DNA of 7,425 nucleotides from a virus (Duplodnaviria; Heunggongvirae; Uroviricota; Caudoviricetes): IMG/VR virus record IMGVR_UViG_2690316131_000009; one strand, 5' to 3'. Shown piece by piece: positions 1 to 6,222 of this stretch (position 1 is its first letter; each line of letters starts with the position of its first letter). The notes under the pieces were generated by a model. It saw only the letters and a program-made list of their open reading frames with translations, ran no database searches and was not told where the DNA came from. The position numbers and the translations under genes were made by a program.

Positions 1-63
1 CCTAAATAGGCTGATTCGATGTGTTTACGGGAAAAAAATCGGCCCAGATCCGCGAAATTTTAA

Positions 64-687
64 TCAGCGAGTCAGCTTGGGAAGAAATGACCTGCTTATT
101 CGCACCTTCCATAACATATTGACAGCAACACGCATCCGCTCTTCCAGCAACAAGCGACTGAACATGTGCCCTTCATTTTTCAGTTTTATCTTTAACAAAC
201 TCTCACTCATATGCAGGCGTAACGCAATCGCACCAAGCGTCCAGCTTGCTGATATATCTGTCTGAATTATCGCCCTGACTTTGGCACTTATACTGGATAA
301 ACATCCACTTAAAAATAATAATATCCGTTCATCTGATTCAAACAGCGACAGGCATGCCATCATAAGAAACATATCCGTGGTATCTCCGGAAAATCTCTGG
401 CTGGTAATTAAAGCCTCAGCCAACGCAGGGTTGTTGGGTTCCAGTGACAGATAAAGCGGAACGTCAGTCAGATGAGTTCTTGTCAGCTTATGCTGAATTT
501 CCAGATATTGACTTACTATGGAATGGTTTATATCGAAAATTTTAACTTTGCCATAATGCATAAGGAAAAGCGCCCTGATGCATTTGGTGGCCAGAACGAC
601 TGAGCCGGGCTTAAGTGACAACGTATCCTTTTCAAGAAAAATATTAATTGGGGAGCAAACCATGATAACTGAACAGACAACAACCAT
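64..687 (-). CDS. AraC-family transcriptional regulator, AppY/YdeO/GadX-like; C-terminal second HTH appears missing or frameshifted (possible pseudogene)
   Basis: 207-aa ORF. N-terminus MVVVCSVIMVCSP resembles the AppY/YdeO N-terminus as I recall it. C-terminal part (LHMSESLLKIKLKNEGHMFSRLLLEERMRVAVNML) looks like the first HTH of an AraC-type domain, but the ORF stops about 15 aa later without the second HTH. AT-rich, rare AGA/ATA codons. ATG at 687..685 with weak SD. Confidence 0.75.
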   Translation of the reverse strand: MVVVCSVIMVCSPINIFLEKDTLSLKPGSVVLATKCIRALFLMHYGKVKIFDINHSIVSQYLEIQHKLTRTHLTDVPLYLSLEPNNPALAEALITSQRFSGDTTDMFLMMACLSLFESDERILLFLSGCLSSISAKVRAIIQTDISASWTLGAIALRLHMSESLLKIKLKNEGHMFSRLLLEERMRVAVNMLWKVRISRSFLPKLTR

Positions 688-722
688 TATAATTTTACTT
701 TCATTAGCAATTGGTTAGTTCA

Positions 723-753
723 ATTATAGCCCCAAAAGGTAAATTATCATCAA
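723..753 (-). promoter_or_regulatory. Candidate sigma70 promoter for the AraC-like gene
   Basis: On the minus strand a perfect TATAAT (728..723) lies about 35 nt upstream of the ATG, with a TTGATG -35-like hexamer (753..748) at a suboptimal 19-nt spacing, in AT-rich DNA. Sequence-only prediction. Confidence 0.3.
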
Positions 754-810
754 CACATAAGCAAAGGACTGACAGGTGCCGCTAACACCCACCAGCCGCC
801 CATTTACCAC

Positions 811-838
811 AAATAAAAAAGCCTTCAGGACTGAAGGC
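811..838 (-). terminator. Intrinsic terminator (minus-strand transcripts)
   Basis: Perfect inverted repeat GCCTTCAG/CTGAAGGC (821..838) followed on the minus strand by a run of six U then AUUUG (complement of the plus-strand A-run 811..820). The hairpin overlaps the last codons of the upstream small ORF. Confidence 0.6.
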
Positions 839-1022
839 GTCTGTAACAACCGAACTGATAATCTGCCAGACCCGCCATAACAAGCTGGGTCAGTATTAAC
901 TGGCAGCGTTCGCGTGAAAGATAAGTGTTCTGCGCAATTTCCTCGACGGTCGCCGGTTCGGTGACGCTTAATTCATTAAACACCACTCTGGCGGTTTCGG
1001 TCATATCCTGCTGTTTTAGCAT
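825..1022 (-). CDS. Small hypothetical protein (65 aa), possibly winged-helix DNA-binding
   Basis: The ORF-track start at 1145 abuts the terminator U-tract, so the internal ATG at 1022..1020 (MLKQQDMTETARV...) preceded by AAAAGGGAAAAAGG is preferred. Segment TVEEIAQNTYLSRERCQLILTQLVMAGLA has a helix-turn-helix-like pattern. No confident family match. Confidence 0.5.
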   Translation of the reverse strand: MLKQQDMTETARVVFNELSVTEPATVEEIAQNTYLSRERCQLILTQLVMAGLADYQFGCYRRLQS

Positions 1023-1145
1023 GCCTTTTTCCCTTTTCCGGTTAACGTGACACACCAATAACTCTTGTCGAAAAAGCCAGCAAGCTGAAAGAACGGTATT
1101 AATAACCACCAGCGAATTTATTGCGCTGCTGTATATTACGGACAC

Positions 1146-1166
1146 AAAAAAACCACCTTCCGGTGG
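1146..1166 (-). terminator. Intrinsic terminator about 100 nt downstream of Q (tR'-like)
   Basis: Minus-strand RNA reads CCACCGGAAGGUGG (GC-rich 5-bp stem, GGAA loop) followed by seven U. Position immediately after the Q gene matches where lambdoid phages place the late-operon terminator tR'. Confidence 0.6.
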
Positions 1167-1263
1167 CTTCCTTGTGCGAAAAAACTTGCATTTCGCCTCG
1201 CGATACAGCTTTGCGAAGCTTACAGGAATTCAAGCTGTTTCTGCGTAAAAAAGCAAGCTTTTT

Positions 1264-1806
1264 TTATCGAAATGAATCGTGCATAGGTACATAAAGCATG
1301 TGTTCAGCCACGGCTAACCAACCTGCAATACGTTTCTCACATGTGCTGAAACACCATTCCGGGTGAGTACGATTTAAACATTCTGCCATTTTTCTCTTAC
1401 TCATTCCCCGTCCTTCGTACCTTTGCCGGAGAATATTGATTAGCCCGGGATATTCCCCAAGCACCTCACTGATAACGCGATCAATAATCAACGCCTCTGT
1501 GTCTGTACAATGTGACAACCAGCTCTTCTGCTTCCCTCTGGTCATATCCCGAAAAAATGCCTCAAGTTCCGGTTTTTCCAGCCCGGATTTCTTCATGCTA
1601 CGTAAAACCTCATTAACTGCTGTTTTCGTCAGCCTTTTCGAAACCAGTAACCGGTTAAACATATTTCCGGATTTACCCCCACCGATATACGACCACCGCC
1701 CCCACATCCGTAATTTCCCCTGGATCCAGACTGCTTCCAGCGTGTTCAGGCGTAAATGTTCGCCGCTTTTGCCTGTAATTTCCGGATATATCATATTTAC
1801 GCTCAC
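1264..1806 (-). CDS. Phage antitermination protein Q (late gene regulator)
   Basis: 180-aa ORF in the expected position after RusA and before a short leader plus terminator. GTG start at 1806..1804 overlaps the rusA TGA stop (GTGA); an alternative ATG is at 1794. Family call from overall resemblance to lambdoid Q proteins, not from a search. Confidence 0.8.
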   Translation of the reverse strand: MSVNMIYPEITGKSGEHLRLNTLEAVWIQGKLRMWGRWSYIGGGKSGNMFNRLLVSKRLTKTAVNEVLRSMKKSGLEKPELEAFFRDMTRGKQKSWLSHCTDTEALIIDRVISEVLGEYPGLINILRQRYEGRGMSKRKMAECLNRTHPEWCFSTCEKRIAGWLAVAEHMLYVPMHDSFR

Positions 1807-2162
1807 TCACTCTCAATTTTGTAAATCTTCACACCCAGCCGTCCACCAGATACTGGCTGACCACGTACAATATTGATTTCATCAAACTGCTCGTCATCAA
1901 TGAGCACTCCCGCATGCGTCAGCGCATCCAGCGGTGCTTTCAGAATATTGTCCAGGTCACGACGACGCTTATCCGGTGGCTCTGCAATAATTTTTATTGC
2001 CAGCCGTCCGGACAGGCTTAATTTCAGTCGCTGCTGGCGAACAATAAGCGCCACTGCCCGGCGATAACGCTCCCCGGCTTTTGATACAAAATATGTGCTG
2101 CCACGGCGTCGCCAGTAAGTGTTCACCGTCGGCGGGTAAGGTAAAACCAAATCTATGAGCAT
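1803..2162 (-). CDS. rusA: RusA-family Holliday junction resolvase
   Basis: 119 aa. Matches RusA as recalled: LPYPPTVNTYWRRRG, the DKRRRDLDNILKAPLDALTHAGVLIDDEQ catalytic region and a C-terminal GGRLGVKIY. ATG at 2162 preceded by AAAGAGGTGA. Confidence 0.9.
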   Translation of the reverse strand: MLIDLVLPYPPTVNTYWRRRGSTYFVSKAGERYRRAVALIVRQQRLKLSLSGRLAIKIIAEPPDKRRRDLDNILKAPLDALTHAGVLIDDEQFDEINIVRGQPVSGGRLGVKIYKIESE

Positions 2163-2174
2163 CAGTCACCTCTT

Positions 2175-3224
2175 TTACCCGAGCACGCCAGTCGCAAAGG
2201 CGTGATCAAGAAAACGAAAAATTAACTCAATCTGAGAGCCGTACTTTTTCTCAAACTCCAGCGGGTCTGCATGAAGTTCGTTGTGGTGCTCCCGGCACAA
2301 CGGTAACGTGAAAATATCGTGGGCCTTTGTCCCCATTCCCCCCTGACCATGACCAATCAGGTGATGCGGATCGTCAGCAGGCTTACCACAACACGCACAC
2401 GGCTGTGTCTTTACCCAGCGCGTGTATTTCTCGTTAACCCAGCGGCGACGTTTAGGTCGTTTCATGAAAGATTCCGGAGACTCAGGATCAACGGCAATGC
2501 TGACCACCGTCTTTTCCTGTGGTGGGTTCTGTTGCTGGTGGGCGTGAGGCAGCGGCGCAAGATTTTTTGTGCGCTGTTTCAGTATGCTGGTGGCGGTCTG
2601 CTCTCCCGGCACGATGTCGCTTTCACGGTACATTGAGCGGATTTTTTCCGCACGCAACCCCAGCGAACGACGTAATACCGCTTCCGGTAGCGCGTCCGCC
2701 ACCTGATTGCGGACCGCCCACCAGGATAATTCAGCCAGAGATAATTCACGCTCCTGCGTACCGCTTATTGCGTGACCGATGACGTCAATCATCCAGGCTG
2801 TCAGATTTTGTTGAGCAAGCTGCCCGAGTGATTCGGATGTCTGGTCGCGCAGCTGGTTGTCGCAGTGCCAGCACAACACCATTGCGCCGGTACCATAACG
2901 GTGAATGACGGTTTCGCTGTGATGATAATCGCCGTGTGGCCACTGGCAGGATTTAATATGGCGCAACAGCCAGTCAGACAATGCACCAGCACCACCAGCA
3001 GCACGAATCACCCGTGCGTTACTGAAAAACGGCAGCAATGTTTTGTCTTCCACTAGCGGCTGGCGAACGGCAGGAACAACCCCGGACGGCAGATTACGCA
3101 TGCTTTTCGGTTCCGGCTCCACCAGTACCCGGGTATTGTGGAATACCGGCATGGATTCACGGCCCGGCTTAACGATCACCAGCCCGAGTTCCGGTACCAG
3201 AACAGGTCGAAGTAATACCCGCAC
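2175..3224 (-). CDS. DUF968 family prophage protein (YdfU-like) with C-terminal HNH-like Cys/His motif
   Basis: 349 aa. C-terminal cluster PCACCGKPADDPHHLIGHGQGGMGTKAHD...LPLCREHHNELH. GTG start at 3224..3222 preceded by TGGAGG with a 4-nt spacer. Stop lies 12 nt before the rusA ATG. Confidence 0.85.
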   Translation of the reverse strand: MRVLLRPVLVPELGLVIVKPGRESMPVFHNTRVLVEPEPKSMRNLPSGVVPAVRQPLVEDKTLLPFFSNARVIRAAGGAGALSDWLLRHIKSCQWPHGDYHHSETVIHRYGTGAMVLCWHCDNQLRDQTSESLGQLAQQNLTAWMIDVIGHAISGTQERELSLAELSWWAVRNQVADALPEAVLRRSLGLRAEKIRSMYRESDIVPGEQTATSILKQRTKNLAPLPHAHQQQNPPQEKTVVSIAVDPESPESFMKRPKRRRWVNEKYTRWVKTQPCACCGKPADDPHHLIGHGQGGMGTKAHDIFTLPLCREHHNELHADPLEFEKKYGSQIELIFRFLDHAFATGVLG

Positions 3225-3225
3225 G

Positions 3226-3498
3226 TTACCTCCAGATGCGTTGCTGGAATGTGCGGGACGGACGCGGCGGGCGTTCGGAATAAAGGAGCCTGACGTAGAT
3301 TATCCAGTGACGGTAGTCGAGGCTAAGGGCTTTCTTAAACTCATACCCACGTCTGCGGTAGTTATGAATCAGCCATTCGGCCTGTTCTTCAGTGCAGGGA
3401 TCGTGCAGATACCAGTCATATTTGAATGTGTGAGAACACCGCCCTTGCCTGCTGGCAGGGGCGATATCAGAATTGTGATGTTTGGTATTGTGCGCCAT
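3226..3498 (-). CDS. Hypothetical small basic protein (about 90 aa)
   Basis: ORF in the same orientation, ending 1 nt before the DUF968 GTG start. ATG at 3498 has only a weak SD; the track's alternative start at 3552 is TTG. Rich in R/H/W/Y, no recognisable motif. Sits where Qin-type prophages carry rem (from memory, positional only). Confidence 0.45.
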   Translation of the reverse strand: MAHNTKHHNSDIAPASRQGRCSHTFKYDWYLHDPCTEEQAEWLIHNYRRRGYEFKKALSLDYRHWIIYVRLLYSERPPRPSRTFQQRIWR

Positions 3499-3568
3499 CG
3501 GTTTTCTCTGCTGGCGCAGCAGGTGCCAGTTGTTCAAGCTGGCGTGCGGCAATATTGTCTCTGATTTC

Positions 3569-3598
3569 TGTTGTCGTCAACAGGCAACGTGCTATCAT
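3569..3598 (+). promoter_or_regulatory. Candidate parDE promoter with overlapping inverted-repeat operator
   Basis: TTGTCG (3571..3576), 16-nt spacer, TATCAT (3593..3598), about 35 nt upstream of the parD ATG. The -35 is embedded in the inverted repeat TGTTG-tcgt-CAACA (3569..3582), consistent with autoregulation by an RHH antitoxin. Confidence 0.4.
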
Positions 3599-3633
3599 CG
3601 AATGGTGTTCTATCCTACTCCGTGAGGTTTACC

Positions 3634-3891
3634 ATGCGTACAACCCAACAATTCAGCATTACATTAACTAACGAAATGGCTGACATGGTGCGCGCCCGTG
3701 TGGCTTCCGGTGCCTATGCTTCAGAAAGCGAGGTCATTCGTGAAGGGCTTCGCGCACTGAATGAGCGCGATAAAGCAATCGAAGCGTGGTTAACGCATTC
3801 AGCCGCCCCCTCTCTTGATTCTATCCGCGAAAACCCAAACAACGGACGCTCCATTTCACAGGTTCGCGCCGCGATTCGATCCGGGAAGTAA
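3634..3891 (+). CDS. parD: ParD-family (RHH/CopG-like) type II antitoxin
   Basis: 85 aa from the ATG at 3634, preceded by GTGAGG. Sequence MRTTQQFSITLTNEMADMVRARVASGAYASESEVIREGLRALNERDKAIEAWL fits a ribbon-helix-helix antitoxin. The ORF-track start at 3571 is a TTG extension. Ends 5 nt before the toxin gene. Confidence 0.85.
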   Translation: MRTTQQFSITLTNEMADMVRARVASGAYASESEVIREGLRALNERDKAIEAWLTHSAAPSLDSIRENPNNGRSISQVRAAIRSGK

Positions 3892-3896
3892 TCTGC

Positions 3897-4196
3897 ATGA
3901 CATATGAAGTCATCATTACTCCTGAGGCCGAACAACAAATAATCAACCTGCACAGGTATATAACGGAGAAAGCAGGGAACGTCATTGCTGACAATTATGC
4001 CAATGCGCTTCTTGATTATCTTGATGGGTTTTCTACATTCCCGCATCGGGGCAATAAACGCGATGATATTCGCCAGGGGATGCGGGTAACTCATTTCCGC
4101 CACAGAACGATTATTGCTTTTGCCGTTGATAGCAGAAAAGTCTTTATTGTCGGTATCTATCATGGTGGGCAAAGTTATGAAACCGATTTCTTATAA
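3897..4196 (+). CDS. parE: ParE/RelE-superfamily type II toxin
   Basis: 99 aa, immediately downstream of the RHH antitoxin. Typical size and conserved basic/aromatic C-terminal region (RQGMRVTHFRHRTIIAFAVDSRKVFIVGIYHGGQ). Confidence 0.85.
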   Translation: MTYEVIITPEAEQQIINLHRYITEKAGNVIADNYANALLDYLDGFSTFPHRGNKRDDIRQGMRVTHFRHRTIIAFAVDSRKVFIVGIYHGGQSYETDFL

Positions 4197-4278
4197 ACTT
4201 TTACCCACATCATTCCGGTGTTAGAATTAACCGTCCGCCCCCCTCTCTTACTGGCGGATTCGTAGGCTATATAAATCA

Positions 4279-4316
4279 AAGATCCCGGCTCATGTTTATG
4301 TCGGGATCTTTTTTCG
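4279..4316. terminator. Bidirectional intrinsic terminator between parE and the convergent HNH cassette
   Basis: 9-bp perfect stem AAGATCCCG/CGGGATCTT with a 14-nt loop. Followed by TTTTTT on the plus strand (after parE) and by a T-rich tract on the minus strand (after the micropeptide stop at 4322). Confidence 0.6.
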
Positions 4317-4321
4317 GCGAT

Positions 4322-4405
4322 TTATCCCCAGCGGCAAATCGAATACACCACCAGCGCCACCGCCATCGCAATTCCTACCGTTGTGAATGCTTCAGGCCAG
4401 GTCAT
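4322..4405 (-). CDS. Putative 27-aa hydrophobic micropeptide (not in the ORF track)
   Basis: Minus-strand ATG at 4405..4403 overlaps the TGA of the upstream 114-aa gene (ATGA). GGAGGA lies 9 nt upstream. Translation [27 protein letters not shown], stop TAA at 4324..4322, then the terminator. One predicted transmembrane helix. Confidence 0.35.
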   Translation of the reverse strand: MTWPEAFTTVGIAMAVALVVYSICRWG

Positions 4406-4746
4406 CGTAAAATATCCTCCACGCTTATCAGTCCGTTCCGCTCCAGATAACTCATCGCCTTATCCGGTAATTTGCAGTCTGGCTTCGCTTTCCTCAGTTG
4501 CCAGGTTAACTGCTTTACCAGCATGGTTAACTCATCGACCAGACGCTGATATCCCACTGGTTTGTATTCATGCAATTTACCGGCTGGCTCTGCTGCCAGC
4601 GATACCAGTGCGATTTCCAGAACAGCAATATCCATCTTATATGTGCGGATGATGTCATGGTCGATTGTGCCCGGTATGCACAGTCTCTGTGCTTCAATAG
4701 TCTCCTCTGCGTGAGCTATTAACTGCTCTCTGGTAAAAGTCGTCAT
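4402..4746 (-). CDS. Hypothetical protein (114 aa), coupled to the upstream HNH endonuclease
   Basis: ATG at 4746..4744 overlaps the HNH TGA (ATGA) and is preceded by GAAGGGG. No recognisable motif; acidic N-terminus, basic C-terminal half. Confidence 0.7.
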   Translation of the reverse strand: MTTFTREQLIAHAEETIEAQRLCIPGTIDHDIIRTYKMDIAVLEIALVSLAAEPAGKLHEYKPVGYQRLVDELTMLVKQLTWQLRKAKPDCKLPDKAMSYLERNGLISVEDILR

Positions 4747-5108
4747 GCCGTAGCCCCTTCTTGATATTTTTCAAACCAGAACACAACTGGGTCAGATTTC
4801 ATTTCAACCAATCCCATACGAACCAGCGCTTTGCCTTTCCCGGACGCAAGGAATTCACGACGACCATCACTGATAATTCGCCGATAATCTTCCAGACTAC
4901 TGCAATGCTTGTGCAGATTGCATGGGTGGCATGCCGGAACCATATTGGATATATCGTCACGTTCCTGGTGAAGCATATTTCCATCAAAACGAATGACCGG
5001 TTTTACATGGTCTGCATGCCACTTTTCGCCAAGTTCGCAGCCGCAATAAGCACAGCGACCGCCGAACTTCATGCGCAGCTCTGCACGTTGTTTTTTCGTC
5101 AGTGCCAT
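4743..5108 (-). CDS. HNH endonuclease (121 aa)
   Basis: Start at the ATG for [23 protein letters not shown], preceded by AAGGAAAG; the longer ORF-track N-terminus is unlikely. Canonical HNH elements: [28 protein letters not shown]. Confidence 0.85.
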   Translation of the reverse strand: MALTKKQRAELRMKFGGRCAYCGCELGEKWHADHVKPVIRFDGNMLHQERDDISNMVPACHPCNLHKHCSSLEDYRRIISDGRREFLASGKGKALVRMGLVEMKSDPVVFWFEKYQEGATA

Positions 5109-5109
5109 A

Positions 5110-5328
5110 TCAGCTTTCCTTATACGGATTAATTTTATTGTGCAGTGTGCTGAACGACGCCCACACCACGTCGTTATACAATTCAATAACTGGCTCAATT
5201 ATTTTCACGATAAACCAGACCAGTAATAGCGGGGGTATCGGTATCATCAACACGATAAATATAATGAGAAACAAAAATTCTGTCGCTCTACTTTTTCTCG
5301 GATATTCTTTTCTGAATAATGTAGTCAT
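5110..5328 (-). CDS. Putative small membrane protein (72 aa), first gene of the HNH cassette
   Basis: Basic N-terminus (MTTLFRKEYPRKSR) followed by a hydrophobic helix FLFLIIFIVLMIPIPPLLLVWFIVKII. Its TGA stop is 1 nt before the HNH ATG. AT-rich with rare codons; conventional SD weak. Overlaps a longer plus-strand ORF judged spurious. Confidence 0.45.
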   Translation of the reverse strand: MTTLFRKEYPRKSRATEFLFLIIFIVLMIPIPPLLLVWFIVKIIEPVIELYNDVVWASFSTLHNKINPYKES

Positions 5329-5423
5329 TTCTTACCGCCCTTTCAGGCGGCCTCCTGATGTTTTGAGGGTGCAGAAATCCCTCCGGTTAAGGATTAAATT
5401 TTTATTTACAGCACTAAATTTAT

Positions 5424-5780
5424 TTATTCAGTTCTGGATTTTGTCGCCCTGCGTATCCGCGCTTTCGCGTTACGTTCAATCTGAATTAACTTTTCTATAT
5501 TTTTCCGCCTTTCCTGTTCCTCCTGGCGCAATAGCCTTACATCATCTGCCAGTCTGGTTTCTCTTTTCGCCACAGAGAGCATCCAGTCAAACGGCTCCAC
5601 AACTGCACCGCAGATTTTACAACGGACCTGACGCTCTTTTTCGTCAACCCGGACAGAGGCGTGATGACAATATGGTCTTTCCGATGGCTCATAAAGAAAA
5701 TTAACCTGATTACGTGGGTCATCCTCTTTTACCGGAAATAAAACAATATTACTTAACTCATCTTCTGGTTTTATTTCCAT
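5424..5780 (-). CDS. Hypothetical phage protein (118 aa), Cys/His cluster plus charged C-terminal helix
   Basis: ATG at 5780 preceded by AAAGGAGAGGAG. Contains YCHHASV...CKICG and a highly charged C-terminus (RLLRQEEQERRKNIEKLIQIERNAKARIRR). Start overlaps the upstream gene's end by 23 nt. Confidence 0.7.
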   Translation of the reverse strand: MEIKPEDELSNIVLFPVKEDDPRNQVNFLYEPSERPYCHHASVRVDEKERQVRCKICGAVVEPFDWMLSVAKRETRLADDVRLLRQEEQERRKNIEKLIQIERNAKARIRRATKSRTE

Positions 5781-6222
5781 GCTCCTCTCCTTTGATGCGA
5801 ATACCAGCAACACGTAGTACGTGCTCTAAATCAGCCAGATAAATCCAGCAGCCATTTTCTTTAGGTATCATGACGTGGCGCTCATCAGCATTTATCGGAT
5901 GTCCATATCGAAGGCCGTAGCGAGTCGGTAAATGAACTTCCCGCGCTTCCAGCTCTTTAACGCGCTCCTCGAGTTCGTAGACTCTGCATTGTTCTTCATC
6001 ATCAATCAGATATAACCCTAGACATTCGCTTTCTACCCAGCCACCGAAATCATGATCGTAACGCTCACACGAAAACTCACCATCGCTGTCCTTTGTTGGA
6101 ATGGTGTAACTGTCTAATGGGCCACCATACGTCGGTACATTTCCCAATTTCGGATGCTCAATCCACATGAAAAATGCACGTCCGGTTATTGGGCAAATAT
6201 CTGGTCGCCATTGGTTACTCAC
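5758..6222 (-). CDS. Hypothetical phage protein (154 aa)
   Basis: Preferred start is GTG at 6222..6220, 6 nt after a perfect AGGAGG; the ATG at 6249 has no SD. The GTG overlaps the end of the DUF4406 gene. No confident family. Confidence 0.7.
   Translation of the reverse strand: MSNQWRPDICPITGRAFFMWIEHPKLGNVPTYGGPLDSYTIPTKDSDGEFSCERYDHDFGGWVESECLGLYLIDDEEQCRVYELEERVKELEAREVHLPTRYGLRYGHPINADERHVMIPKENGCWIYLADLEHVLRVAGIRIKGEEHGNKTRR

Noticed and set aside
20-60. Possible weak terminator after the AraC-like gene (short CGG/CCG stem before a T7 run on the minus strand)
   Set aside because: The stem is only about 3 bp; the T-run alone is not evidence of termination.
77-265. 62-aa plus-strand ORF
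   Set aside because: Embedded antisense in the AraC-like gene, with no SD and no motif.
1246-1268. A/T-only inverted repeat AAAAAAGC-aa-GCTTTTTT at the Q stop codon
   Set aside because: The stem is almost entirely A-U with a 2-nt centre, too weak for a terminator. Probably coincidental.
1436-2169. Plus-strand ORFs 1436..1876 and 1873..2067, and the minus out-of-frame ORF 1969..2169
   Set aside because: They overlap the Q and RusA coding sequences, which carry clear family motifs.
3043-3564. 173-aa plus-strand ORF, plus other plus-strand ORFs at 2319..2636, 2519..2782 and 2865..3056
   Set aside because: They lie antisense within the motif-supported DUF968 and 90-aa minus-strand genes, have no SD, and have low-complexity Ser/Thr/Gly/Arg-rich translations typical of antisense frames in GC-rich coding DNA.
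4243-4267. Inverted repeat TCCGCC-(13 nt)-GGCGGA between parE and the terminator
   Set aside because: Large loop, no flanking U-tract, no associated ORF or promoter. Could be incidental structure.
4383-4652. 89-aa plus-strand ORF and the 123-aa ORF at 4761..5132
   Set aside because: Both are antisense to the 114-aa and HNH genes and cross the terminator region. Judged spurious.
5102-5704. 200-aa plus-strand ORF spanning the cassette leader
   Set aside because: It overlaps the minus-strand HNH start, the 72-aa membrane ORF and the 118-aa gene, which have good SDs and coupling. Its start is an alternative codon and the translation has no motif.
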